Below are positions 37,541 through 46,780 of a DNA stretch of 64,000 nucleotides, one piece after another. The position numbers and the translations under genes were made by a program. The stretch's first letter is position 1. The number at the start of each line of letters is the position of its first letter. The stretch lies in contig CAWFZR010000005.1 of assembly GCA_963820365.1 (NCBI GenBank), positions 6,852-70,851 on the forward strand, in the 5' to 3' direction. The notes below the pieces were generated by a model. It had not been told where the DNA came from. It searched no databases and saw nothing but the letters and a program-made list of their open reading frames with translations. The stretch comes from an uncultured Alphaproteobacteria bacterium. GTDB taxonomy: Bacteria; Pseudomonadota; Alphaproteobacteria; Rhizobiales; Xanthobacteraceae.

Positions 37541-38194
37541 TCAAGGACATTTCACCACGATCTTGTTGGCGTATTCCGAGCCGATGGTCAGCGTGGGATC
37601 CCGCTGGTTGGCGCCGAGCTGGCTCAGCCGCGCCGACAAGTCGGCATTCATCTGCTCGGGATTCAACACCGAGAGCTTGCATTGCGCCGGCGCGCCGACG
37701 AGCTTGGCCGGGTTCTTCTCGGCAAAGCTGAAATCAACGAAGAACTCGCGATCGAAGACTTCGACGGTGAAATCCTTGGCCTTCAGCGGCGCCTTGAGCG
37801 GCAGCGTGAAGTGCAGCGTCAACACCGTGTCCTTGGGGTCGAACTCGAGAAAATACCCCGCTGGCGGCTCGTTGAACTCCACCGCCTTGCCGTTCGCCCT
37901 GGCATGGGTGAAGAAGTCATATTCCTTGAGCGAGCCGACATTGACCTCGGCGAGCGGGGCAAGCTCCTCGCGCGTGAACTGGCCCTTCTTCTTCGCTTCG
38001 ATGCCCTGGGTCGCGAACACCGAGAACATGTCGTCGAAGGTCCAGGCGTGCCGCACGCCGGTGACCGAGCCGTCCGGCGCATAGAGGAGCTCGCTTTTCA
38101 CCGTGACCCAGACGTGGGGATGGGCCCACGCCGCCGAGCACGCCATCATGAGCCCTGCGAATGCCGCCAGCGCAGCACATAACCGGTGGATCAT
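37541..38194 (-). CDS. DUF1007 family periplasmic protein (partner of NicO-type transporters)
   Basis: Signal peptide, then AHPHVWVTVKSELLY (DUF1007 hallmark HPHVW). Same strand and upstream of the NicO gene. Confidence 0.8.
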   Translation of the reverse strand: MIHRLCAALAAFAGLMMACSAAWAHPHVWVTVKSELLYAPDGSVTGVRHAWTFDDMFSVFATQGIEAKKKGQFTREELAPLAEVNVGSLKEYDFFTHARANGKAVEFNEPPAGYFLEFDPKDTVLTLHFTLPLKAPLKAKDFTVEVFDREFFVDFSFAEKNPAKLVGAPAQCKLSVLNPEQMNADLSARLSQLGANQRDPTLTIGSEYANKIVVKCP

Positions 38195-38197
38195 ATG

Positions 38198-38428
38198 GAC
38201 TTTCTCGCCAAGCTTCGCGCGCGCCCGCCGCCCCGGCGCGGCGGCACGATATCACGGACTGCGGCGGAATGGAGGCTATGCGCCGAATGACCTCGACAGC
38301 TGCGCGCGGGCTGTCCTTCTTGATCCATGCATAGATGCCGTCGAGATACGCATCGGGACCCCTACCCACAGGCGGTGGTTATGGAGCCCGGCGCGCGCTC
38401 CCGCCTTCTCAAGGATGACGATCTTCAT
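38198..38428 (-). pseudogene. ParE/RelE-like toxin remnant interrupted by a REP fragment
   Basis: MKIVILEKA (ATG 38428), then REP-derived sequence (~38345-38410), then in another frame ..DAYLDGIYAWIKKDSPRAAVEVIRRI, which resembles ParE N-terminal helices. Truncated at the DUF1007 start. Confidence 0.45.
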
Positions 38429-38556
38429 ACGCCAAATCGGCGTAACCGCTCATCCCACTCTTCCAGGGTCAAGGTCTTCGGGTCCTTCTCCGCCCGCCGC
38501 CGTCGCACCTCGGCGAATTGCTCGTCGCTGAGGCGACATGAACTGTGATCCGGCAT
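38425..38556 (-). CDS. Small antitoxin-like ORF (43 aa)
   Basis: MPDHSSCRLSDEQFAEVRRRRAEKDPKTLTLEEWDERLRRFGV. Its stop overlaps the toxin-remnant ATG (ATGA) and its start overlaps the GGT stop (TGATG). Family not recognised. Confidence 0.3.
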   Translation of the reverse strand: MPDHSSCRLSDEQFAEVRRRRAEKDPKTLTLEEWDERLRRFGV

Positions 38557-40160
38557 CACACCCCCGCAGCGCCGCCGTCGGCGCGCGGATCGTGCACGCC
38601 CTCGAGCGTCCCGCCGGGATGGCGCACCACCGCGCCGGCATGGCCCATGACGTCGCTATAGGCCGCGGGCAAAACCTCGACGTCGTGACCGGCCGACACC
38701 AGGCGGTCGAGCAGATTGCCATCGAAGCGCGCTTCCATGCGCACATTGGCGTGCGCCGCCCCCCAGGTGCGGCCGAGCAGCCAGCGCGCGGCATCGATGG
38801 CGCGCTCGATCGGCTGGTGGAAAAGAACATGGCGCGTGAAGACCGCTGCCTGCGTCTGCGGCTGGCCGTCGCCGCCCATGGCGCCGTAGGCGAGGATGCG
38901 ACCGTCGTCGAGCACGGCGAGCGCAGGGTTGAGGGTGTGGAACGGCAGCCGTCCGGGCTCCAGCGCGTTCAAGGCGCCGGGATCGAGCGAAAAGCTCGCG
39001 CCCCGGTTCTGCATGAGCACGCCGGTCGCCGGCAGCACCACGCCCGAGCCGAATTCCCAGTACAGCGACTGGAGGTAGGAAACGACCAGCCCCGACGCAT
39101 CGGCGCTGCCCATCCACACCGTGTCGCCCTCGCCGCGGCGGGCAGACGTCGCGGGCCAAGGCGCGGCCTTGAGGCGATCGATCTTGCGCGCTTGCGCGTC
39201 CAGGAATTGCGCCTCGAGATAGCGGTCGACGGAACGCGCCATCCGCTCGGGATCGGTGACGACGCCGTCGCGCACGTAGAACGCACGCTTGGTCGCCTCG
39301 ATCAGCCCGTGGATGTGGTCGAAACCTTCGGCCGCCTTGACGCCAAGCCTTTCGAACAGCGCCAGCACCATCAGCGACGCGAGCCCCTGGGTCGGCGGCG
39401 GAGTGCCGAACGCGGTGCCGGATTGCAGGGCAACCGAAAGAGGCTCGGCGAGCGTGGCCCGCGCGCGCTCGAGATCGCCGCGCGTGACCGGGCTGCCCAG
39501 CCCGTCGAGGTCGCCCGCAATCTCGCGTCCGATATCGCCGCGGTAGAAATCGTCGAGGCCGGCACGGCAGAGGTGATCGAGCGTGGCGGCCAGCACCGGC
39601 TGCTTGAGCAGCGCGCCGGCAGCGGGCGGCTTGCCGTCGACGAGAAAGGTCTGGGCGAAGCCCGGCACGTTCTCAAGCTCCGCGAGCTTTTCCGCCGTCG
39701 AGCGGGCCTGGCTGCGGGTGGCGGCATAGCCGTCGGTCGCATGGCGGATCGCGTCTGCGAGCAGATCGGCAAGCGGAACACGTCCGCCGTGCGCGCGCGC
39801 CGCTTCGAGCGCCAGCATCCAGCCGGCGACCGCGCCGGGGACGGTGAGCGTCGCGAGCGGTCCGCGCGCGACAATGGTCTCATGCTCGCGGTAGAGCTCG
39901 CGCCTGGCATTGGCGCCGGCGCGGCCGGCGGCGATGAGCGCGCGCAGGCGCCCCGACGGCTCCCGCAGCAGCCACACGCCGTCGCCGCCGAGGTGATTCA
40001 TATGCGGATAGACGACGGCGATGGTCGCCGCCATGGCGACCATGGCCTCGATCGCGTTGCCGCCATCGGCCAGCACCATGCGCCCGGCCTCGACGGCGGC
40101 GTGATGCGGCGCGCAGACGACGCCACGGCGATGTCCGCCGCTATGGAGGTTCAGGGGCAT
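38556..40160 (-). CDS. Gamma-glutamyltransferase family protein (no signal peptide)
   Basis: 534 aa. ..GGNAIEAMVAMAATIAVVYPHMNHLGGDG.. and ..GDTVWMGSADASG.. ..PFHTLNPAL.. blocks typical of GGT/Ntn hydrolases. Confidence 0.9.
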   Translation of the reverse strand: MPLNLHSGGHRRGVVCAPHHAAVEAGRMVLADGGNAIEAMVAMAATIAVVYPHMNHLGGDGVWLLREPSGRLRALIAAGRAGANARRELYREHETIVARGPLATLTVPGAVAGWMLALEAARAHGGRVPLADLLADAIRHATDGYAATRSQARSTAEKLAELENVPGFAQTFLVDGKPPAAGALLKQPVLAATLDHLCRAGLDDFYRGDIGREIAGDLDGLGSPVTRGDLERARATLAEPLSVALQSGTAFGTPPPTQGLASLMVLALFERLGVKAAEGFDHIHGLIEATKRAFYVRDGVVTDPERMARSVDRYLEAQFLDAQARKIDRLKAAPWPATSARRGEGDTVWMGSADASGLVVSYLQSLYWEFGSGVVLPATGVLMQNRGASFSLDPGALNALEPGRLPFHTLNPALAVLDDGRILAYGAMGGDGQPQTQAAVFTRHVLFHQPIERAIDAARWLLGRTWGAAHANVRMEARFDGNLLDRLVSAGHDVEVLPAAYSDVMGHAGAVVRHPGGTLEGVHDPRADGGAAGV

Positions 40161-40211
40161 GAGCCGCCATTCGATTGCAACGATCTTTGCTGGCGCAACG
40201 AAGACGTTCTA

Positions 40212-42320
40212 TCAGGCGTTCGCGGCGCTCGCGCTATCCAGCAGTCCCCGCCGCTTGAGGAGCCATTCGGCGGTCGGCATCCGTCCGCGGAAGGCGAGGT
40301 AGAGAGCGGAGGGATCGCGCGTGCCGCCGGCTGCATAGACGTGATCATGCAGCTTCTGCGCGGTCTCGGCGTGAAAAATGTCTCCCGCCTCCTCGAAGGC
40401 GGCAAAAGCGTCGGCATCGAGCACCTCCGACCACAGATAGCTGTAATAGGCCGACGCGTAGCCGCCGCCGAATACGTGCTCGAACTGGGTCGGCCGGTGG
40501 CGCATGACGATCTCGCCGGGCATCCCGAGGCGCGCCAGCGTCGCCTGCTCGAAGGCATTGATGTCGAAGGTTTCGGCATCGCGGGCCTGCTCCGACGGGC
40601 GCAGATGGAGATCGAGATCGAGCAGCGCAGACGCGGCATATTCCACGGTGGCGCAGCCCTGGTTGAAGGTGCGCGCCGCAAGCAGCCGGCGCACCAGGTC
40701 TTGCGGCATGGGCTCGCCGCTGCGGCAATGGACGGCGAATCGGCGCAGGATTTCCGGCCGCTCCAGCCAATGCTCGAACAGCTGCGAGGGCAGCTCCACC
40801 CAGTCCTGCAGCACGCTCGTTCCCGCGACCATCGGATAGGTGACGTCGGAGAGGAGCCCGTGCAAAGCGTGGCCGAACTCGTGGAACAGCGTCCTCGCAT
40901 CATCGAACGAGAGCAGCACGGGCTGCCCTTCGCCCGCTTTGGAGAAATTCATGACGTTGACGATGATGGGGGCGATGTCGCCTGCGAGCCTCTCCTGGTC
41001 GCGCAGGCTCGCCATCCAGGCGCCGCTGTGCTTGGAGGGACGTGCGAAATAGTCGCCGTAGAAAAGCCCGCGGTCACGCCCTTGCGCGTCGCGCACCCGC
41101 CACGCCCGCACGTCGTCGTGCCAGACCGGGATGCCGCGGCAGGGCTCGAAGCTCAGGCCGAACAACCGGTTCGCCGTGTAGAACGCCGCCTCGATCATCC
41201 GCTCGAGCTGGAAATACGGCTTGATCGTCGCCTCGTCCACATCGCAGCGCGCCTTGCGCAGCTTCTCCGCGTAGTAGCGCCAGTCCCACGGTGCGAGCGT
41301 GAAATTTCCGCCTTCCGCCTGCACCAGCGCCTGCAAGGCATCGCGGTCGGCGAGGGCGTGACGGCGCGCCGGCGCCCAGACGCGGTCGAGGAGCTCGCGC
41401 ACGGCCTGCGGCGTCTTCGCCATGGCGTCGTCGAGCCGGTAATGCGCAAAGCTCCGATAGCCGAGCAGCCGCGCACGCTCGGCACGCAACGCCGCCATCT
41501 CGGCGATGATCGCCTTGTTGTCGGTCGAGCCCCCGCCGTCGCCGCGCGCGATCCAGGCCCGGAAGATCTTCTCGCGCAGGTCCCGTCGCGCCGAGAATTG
41601 CAGGAAAGGCTCGACGCTGGAGCGCGAGAGCGTGACGACGTGCTTGCCGTGAAGCCCGCGCTCCTCGGCGGCCGCGCGTGCTGCCGCGCGCACGAAATCC
41701 GCAAGCCCCGCGAGATCCTCCTCGCCCTCGAGCACGAGCGTGCTGCCCTGCTCGTCCGCCAGCACGTTCTGGCTGAATGCCGTGCCGAGCGACGCGAGCC
41801 GCTCGTTGATCTCGGCAAGCCGCGCTTTCGCCGGCGGCTCGAGCGCTGCGCCCGCGCGCGTGAACATCGCGTGATGGCGATCGAGCACGCGCACCTGCTC
41901 CGCCGTCAGGCAAAGCTCGTTGCGCTGGCGATAAAGCTCCTCGATGCGGCGGAACCGCGCCGCGTCCATGAGGATCCGGTTCCAGTGCTTGGCTTCGAGC
42001 GGCGCCAGCTCGCGCTCGATCGCGAGAACGGCATCGTTGGTGTCGGCCCTCGCAAGCATGTGGAAGACGTTGGACACGCGCGTGAGCGCCTGCCCGGCCC
42101 GCTCGAGTGCGTCGATGGTATTGGCGAAGGTCGGCGCCGCCGCCTGCGCCGCGACGGCGGCGACCTCGCTGGCATGGTCGCAAAATGCGCTGGCGAAGGC
42201 GGGGAGGAAATGCTCCGGCGCGATGCGCGCGAACGGCGGCACGCCGAAGGCGCCGGTCCACTCCTCCAACAGCGGATTATCGCTTTGCGCGACGACCGAT
42301 GCTTCGCTCATGCCCGCCAT
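40212..42320 (-). CDS. M3-family metallopeptidase (peptidyl-dipeptidase Dcp / oligopeptidase A type)
   Basis: HEFGHALH zinc motif and ~700 aa M3 architecture. Start 42320 (MAGMSE) or 42311. Confidence 0.9.
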   Translation of the reverse strand: MAGMSEASVVAQSDNPLLEEWTGAFGVPPFARIAPEHFLPAFASAFCDHASEVAAVAAQAAAPTFANTIDALERAGQALTRVSNVFHMLARADTNDAVLAIERELAPLEAKHWNRILMDAARFRRIEELYRQRNELCLTAEQVRVLDRHHAMFTRAGAALEPPAKARLAEINERLASLGTAFSQNVLADEQGSTLVLEGEEDLAGLADFVRAAARAAAEERGLHGKHVVTLSRSSVEPFLQFSARRDLREKIFRAWIARGDGGGSTDNKAIIAEMAALRAERARLLGYRSFAHYRLDDAMAKTPQAVRELLDRVWAPARRHALADRDALQALVQAEGGNFTLAPWDWRYYAEKLRKARCDVDEATIKPYFQLERMIEAAFYTANRLFGLSFEPCRGIPVWHDDVRAWRVRDAQGRDRGLFYGDYFARPSKHSGAWMASLRDQERLAGDIAPIIVNVMNFSKAGEGQPVLLSFDDARTLFHEFGHALHGLLSDVTYPMVAGTSVLQDWVELPSQLFEHWLERPEILRRFAVHCRSGEPMPQDLVRRLLAARTFNQGCATVEYAASALLDLDLHLRPSEQARDAETFDINAFEQATLARLGMPGEIVMRHRPTQFEHVFGGGYASAYYSYLWSEVLDADAFAAFEEAGDIFHAETAQKLHDHVYAAGGTRDPSALYLAFRGRMPTAEWLLKRRGLLDSASAANA

Positions 42321-42465
42321 ATGGGGCTTCCGGCGCCGGCAGTCCACTGCGGGCAAGCGGTCTGGGAACATTGAGAGCCGGAAAATTTGACGTTGACCAA
42401 CATCGGCCGGGTATCTATTTACGAAACTCGCAATTTCGTACTAATTTGGCGGGAGAGAGAGTCAG

Positions 42466-42753
42466 ATGGCATTGATGCGAGTACGCCGCTTGGCGCAGCT
42501 TACGCTCCCCGCCGAAGTGCGGCGCGCGTTGAACGTTCAGGAAGGCGACTATCTGGAGGCCAAGATCGTAAAGGACGGCGTTCTCTTGAAGCCGGTTGCG
42601 ATGGTGGAGCGCAAGCGCGCTTGGCAGAGAATTCAAAAAATAGCGTCACGGGTGAAAGATCGAAGACGCAACCCGCAAGAGGATGTCAAGGCCGAAGAAG
42701 AGAAGATCGCAGAAGAGGTGAAGGCGTATCGTCGCCAACGCAAGCATGCGTAA
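42466..42753 (+). CDS. AbrB/MazE/SpoVT-type antitoxin
   Basis: MALMRVRRLAQLTLPAEVRRALNVQEGDYLEAKIVKDGVLLKP is a SpoVT/AbrB swapped-hairpin signature. Overlaps the downstream PIN gene by 8 nt. Confidence 0.8.
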   Translation: MALMRVRRLAQLTLPAEVRRALNVQEGDYLEAKIVKDGVLLKPVAMVERKRAWQRIQKIASRVKDRRRNPQEDVKAEEEKIAEEVKAYRRQRKHA

Positions 42754-43184
42754 GGTCGTGCTCGACACGACAGTGCTTGTAAGCGCATTGCTGAAGCCTG
42801 TAGCTGGAGGAGCCTCACATGACCTCCTCCGTCTTGCCGATGATGGAGCATTTGAGCTTTTTGTTTCAGAAGAAATCTTGGAAGAGACGGCCGGAGTGCT
42901 TCTGCGGCAAGGCCGTCTTCGAGAGCACTACGGTTATTCTGATGAAGATGTGATCGAATACTGCCAGGAACTCGCTCGAATTCGCGACGGTGATGAGCGA
43001 TGCTCCCCCAATTCGAGGAGCGGTCTCGCGCGATCCCGATGACGACATGATCATTGCGTGCGCGCTCGCGGCCGGCGCAGATTACATCGTGAGCCGCGAC
43101 AATGATTTATTGTCGCTCCGCAAACATGAAAGCATCGCAATCGTCACCCCGGAGGCATTTTTGGAGATCCTCCGGACGCGGTAG
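42746..43184 (+). pseudogene. PIN-domain toxin, frameshifted
   Basis: MRKVVLDTTVLVSALL.. is in ORF 42746..43042. ..SDAPPIRGAVSRDPDDDMIIACALAAGADYIVSRDNDLL is in ORF 42990..43184. Total length is 3n+1. The frames cross between 42954 and 43042. Confidence 0.8.
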
Positions 43185-43208
43185 GCCACGGCGCCGAACA
43201 GGCCGCGG

Positions 43209-44363
43209 TCAGCCCGGCATGAACCGCTCGCGCGTGGGAAAGTTTGCGAACGTGCTTTCGGGCACGCGGAAATTGGTCGACAGCAGGAGATGCGGATTGG
43301 CGGCGACCCAGGCCGTGAGCGAGATCGATTGGTAGTTGCCGTTGTTGAACACGATCAGGAGATCGAGGTCCTCGCTGCCGCTGTTCTCGATATAGTGGCC
43401 GTAGCCCTGCGGCACATAGCCGACATCGCCGGCGCTGAATTGCTCGTTGCGGACGCGGCCGTGCGACCCGAACACGCTCATGCGGGCGCGACCGCCGATA
43501 TAGTACTGCCACTCGTCGGCGTTGGGATGCCAATGCAGCTCGCGCAGGCCGCCCGGCTTGATGCGCATCAGCGCGCCGGTCATGGTGATCGAGATCGGGA
43601 ATTCGCGTTCCGAGACGAGACGGATCGTGCCGCCGGCGTAGGTTTGCGGGCGTTGCGCCAGCAGGCGGTAACGATGGGTGAGCGCGCCGCTGTCGAGCGT
43701 GCCCGGCGCCGGATCGGGCGCAAGCGGCGGCGGCACCGGTCCCTTGGCGATGTAGACCTCGCGCTTGGGGAAATTGGCGAAGGTCGCCGCCGGCACGGCG
43801 AAATTCTTCGCCAGCTCCTCGGGCGAGGTGTGCCCGATCCAGTCGCTGATGCTGAAGGTCCCGAACTCCGAGAAATAGCCGTTGTCGAAGACGAGGAGAA
43901 AGAGACAATCCTCGCGGCCGATGCCCTGGATGGAATGGCCGTGTCCGCGCGGGAAATACCAGACGTCGCCCGGGCCGAAATCGACGATCTCGCAATGGCC
44001 CTGCGGGTCGATGGTGGTGACGCGGCATTGGCCCTTGATCACATAGGCCCATTCCGCCGCGTTGGCGTGCCAGTGCAGCTCGCGCAGCGCGCCCGGGGCC
44101 AATGACATCAGCACGCCGGCGAGCTTCTCCGAGACCGGAAATTCCGCGACCGTCGCCTCCTTCGCCCAGCCGCCGTCCCAGCTCTTGGGGGTGACCTCGC
44201 CGAGCGCAAAGCGGAACGAGGGAAGCTCCGCGCCGGCGAGCGGTGCCGGCGTGGGGCCAAAGGGAGGTTGCCCCTGCGCAAGCGCGTCTGCGCCGGCCGC
44301 GGCCGTAATCATGCTGCCGGTGGCTGCGGCGCCCAAAAGATTCCGGCGCGAGAATTCGGACAT
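43209..44363 (-). CDS. Bicupin, oxalate-decarboxylase/oxidase family, Tat-exported
   Basis: SRRNLLGAAATGSMITAAAG signal. Two cupin cores (ELHWHANAAEWAYV.. and ELHWHPNADEWQYY..). GGGAGG SD before ATG 44363. The upstream part of the track ORF is REP translation. Confidence 0.85.
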   Translation of the reverse strand: MSEFSRRNLLGAAATGSMITAAAGADALAQGQPPFGPTPAPLAGAELPSFRFALGEVTPKSWDGGWAKEATVAEFPVSEKLAGVLMSLAPGALRELHWHANAAEWAYVIKGQCRVTTIDPQGHCEIVDFGPGDVWYFPRGHGHSIQGIGREDCLFLLVFDNGYFSEFGTFSISDWIGHTSPEELAKNFAVPAATFANFPKREVYIAKGPVPPPLAPDPAPGTLDSGALTHRYRLLAQRPQTYAGGTIRLVSEREFPISITMTGALMRIKPGGLRELHWHPNADEWQYYIGGRARMSVFGSHGRVRNEQFSAGDVGYVPQGYGHYIENSGSEDLDLLIVFNNGNYQSISLTAWVAANPHLLLSTNFRVPESTFANFPTRERFMPG

Positions 44364-44394
44364 GGAGAACCTCCCGATTGAGCGATTACGCTTC

Positions 44395-44530
44395 ATCACC
44401 CTCAGTGTCATTCCGGGCCGCCGCTTGCGGCGGACCCGGAATCCATGACCACGGTCCTCGCCATAAACGCACTGCCTGTGGTCATGGATTCCGGGTTCCC
44501 TCGCTACGCTCGGGCCCCGGAATGACGGAA
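44395..44530. repeat. REP-like composite element
   Basis: GTCATTCCGGGCCGCCGCTTGCGGCGGACCCGGAATCCATGACCAC ... GTGGTCATGGATTCCGGG..CCCCGGAATGAC. Mutually complementary halves. Confidence 0.7.
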
Positions 44531-44672
44531 ACAAGCGTTAGAGCCAGCACACTAGCGTCGGCGTCATCCGCCTTCGACGACAGGCGGCGCGCCTTAAGCA
44601 AGCATCAGTCGCTCCGAGAGGCAAAGCAATGGTAAAGAGCGCATGCCTCACCGCGGCGAACCGGAGATGCCG

Positions 44673-45149
44673 ATGACCGCCATCACGCTCGATCAGGCCG
44701 ACCGCCTCATCGACGCCATTCTCGAGCGCGGTGCCGCGCTCGACTGCCGCCCGCTTTCCGTGATCGTGGTCGAGCCGGGATGCAAGGTGAAGGCGTTCAA
44801 GAAGGAGGACGGCAGCTCCATGCTCCGATTCGAGATGGCCTACGGCAAGGCCTATGCCGCGCTCGCCATGGGCCGCTCCTCGAAGCTCGTGAAAGAGCGC
44901 GCGCAGGAGAAGCCGGTCTTCATGCGCTATCTGCAGGGCGCCAGCGGCGAGCAGATCTTTCCGGAAGGCGGCGGCCTGCAGATCCGCGACGCCGACGGCG
45001 AAGTCATCGGCGCGGTCGGCGTCACCGGTGATACCGAGGACCGCGACGAGGAGCTCGCCGCCCACGGCATTCACGCCATCGGTCTCAGGACCGACGAGGA
45101 TTTTTCTGGCAGCGGACGCCGCCGCGGCGTCCGCCTGACCAACAAATGA
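44673..45149 (+). CDS. GlcG/HbpS-like (DUF336) heme-binding protein
   Basis: MTAITLDQADRLIDAILERG...AYGKAYAALAMG...GGGLQIRDADGEVIGAVGVTGDT are typical DUF336 blocks. The last ~20 aa may be altered by the adjacent IS junction. Confidence 0.8.
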   Translation: MTAITLDQADRLIDAILERGAALDCRPLSVIVVEPGCKVKAFKKEDGSSMLRFEMAYGKAYAALAMGRSSKLVKERAQEKPVFMRYLQGASGEQIFPEGGGLQIRDADGEVIGAVGVTGDTEDRDEELAAHGIHAIGLRTDEDFSGSGRRRGVRLTNK

Positions 45150-45178
45150 TCGGAGCCGGCAGTCGTAGGGTGGGTTAG

Positions 45179-46637
45179 TCCTACTGAGTCAGAACGCCGC
45201 AGGTAATGACGATAAGAATCAGTTATTTGGCGAGAGTCACGTTCAGCAGCTAGGAGGCTGACATAAATCGCCAAGTCGCAGACCATATTAAATCGCGGTT
45301 TGTGGCGTATGTCCAGGCGTTGAGGAGTGTGATCGGCCATGCGGATCGAGCGGGGCCGCTGAAGGATTATTGCGTAGGTCTTCTAGCGGCGGAAGGACGC
45401 AAGAGCGTCGAGCCGATGGCGGCGGTCACCGCGCCAGCGACGGTTTCAGCGCAGCACCAGAAGCTTTTGCATTTCGTTGCTAATGCCCGATGGTCGGATG
45501 AGCGGGTATTGGGGAAGGTGCGCCAGTTGGTTTTGCCGGCAATCGAGCGGCGTGGAGCAATCGAGGTGTGGATTGTTGATGATACGTCCTTTCCCAAAAA
45601 GGGGTCGCACTCGGTTGGAGTGCATCATCAGTATTGTGGGGAGCTGGGCAAGCAGGCCAATTGCCAAGTGGTGGTGACGCTGTCGATCGCTAATCATCAC
45701 GCCAGCCTCCCGATCGCCTATCGGCTTTATCTGCCGGAGCCATGGGCCGAAGACGCAGCCCGGCGCAAGGAGGCCCGTATCCCCGAGAACATTGTCTTCA
45801 AAACCAAGCCGGAGATCGCGCTCGAGCAGATCCAAGCGGCCTGCAGGGATGAAGTCCCGCGCGGGACCGTATTGATGGACCCGGCTTACGGTTCTGATAT
45901 TTCGCTGCGCAGGGGAATCAGAAAGTTGGGCCTCAGCTATATCGCCGGGGTCTTGTCACACGTCAAAGTATGTGCCGTCGATAAGCGCGGTAAGCTGGGG
46001 CCGCGCATAAGCGTCAAGGACTTGGCGCTAAGCCTGCCGCAACATGCTTGGCGCACGATCCCGTGGCGGGAAGGTACGAACGATCTCTTGCGCTCGCGCT
46101 TGCCCGGGTGCGAGTGCACGCTTCCCCGACGCGCGGCCGCCGCGGACAACCGGAAGAGACACTGCTGATTGAATGGCCAGAGACCGAGGCCGCGCCCACC
46201 AAATACTGGCTGTCAAGTCTCGACAAAAAGACGCCATTCCGGCGCCTGGTTGATCGCGCCAAAATGCGCTGGCGCATCGAGCGTGACTATCTGGATCTCA
46301 AGCAGGAAATCGGGCTCGGACACTACGAGGGCCGTGGCTGGCTTGGTTTCCATCATCACGGAACGCTGTGCATCGCTTCCTATGGTTTCCTGATGTCCGA
46401 ACAGGACACGATTCCCCCCTCAGGACCTCGTTGCTCCGGGATGCTCACGACACCTGCCATTCCCGAAAGTTATCGACCCCGCGGCACCCCCGATCCGGCC
46501 CCAACGTCACGTCCCGAATTCGATCGCAACGCTCCATCGCCGATTGGTAGTCGCGATCACCACAACACTGCCGCGATGCCCGTGCTGTGCGCGTAAATTC
46601 GCGTGAAGCACACGACGTGTGCTATGACGCAGTAGGA
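45179..46637 (+). mobile_element. IS701-family insertion sequence, degenerate
   Basis: Imperfect terminal IRs TCCTACTGAGTCA (45179-) and TGACGCAGTAGGA (-46637). TTAG on both flanks (45175-45178 and 46638-46641). Confidence 0.8.
45302..46606 (+). pseudogene. IS701-family DDE transposase with at least two frameshifts
   Basis: ..VWIVDDTSFPKKG.., ..KYWLSSLDKKTPFRRLVDRAKMRWRIERDYLDLKQEIGLGHYEGRGWLGFHHH.. Frame breaks at ~46100 (LRSR|FARVRVHA, a missing T) and ~46540. The C-terminus ..TTLPRCPCCARKFA is in a third frame. Confidence 0.8.
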
Positions 46638-46641
46638 TTAG

Positions 46642-46725
46642 CGCTGAAGGCGCGTAACCCACCGAGCGGTCAACGCCGCGATTGAGCGGTGGGTTACGGC
46701 GCGAAGCCGCGCCTAACCCACCAAA
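46642..46725. repeat. REP elements (GGTGGGTTA..TAACCCACC type)
   Basis: CGCGTAACCCACC and GGTGGGTTACGGCGCGAAGCCGCGCCTAACCCACC. Their left-hand partner GTAGGGTGGG lies at 45165-45174, on the other side of the IS. Confidence 0.6.
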
Positions 46726-46780
46726 TCAATTCAGTTATTCCCGAACGACGCGCACGTGCTAGCATCGCCGCCGGCTCGCA

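Noticed and set aside
38195-38430. Cobalamin or Ni/Co riboswitch upstream of the DUF1007/NicO pair
   Set aside because: The upstream region is occupied by the toxin-antitoxin remnant and a REP fragment. I saw no B12-box-like element by eye, though a covariance-model scan would be needed to be certain.
38538-42374. 1278-aa ORF on the plus strand, and similar long ORFs: 1855..3795 (-), 8833..11349 (+), 14214..15533 (+), 25513..27417 (+), 30303..31754 (+), 34561..36141 (+), 48269..50002 (-)
   Set aside because: These lie antisense to genes with clear family motifs. They are Arg/Gly/Asp/His-rich, have no recognisable domains, and are the shadow ORFs expected in high-GC DNA where stop codons are rare.
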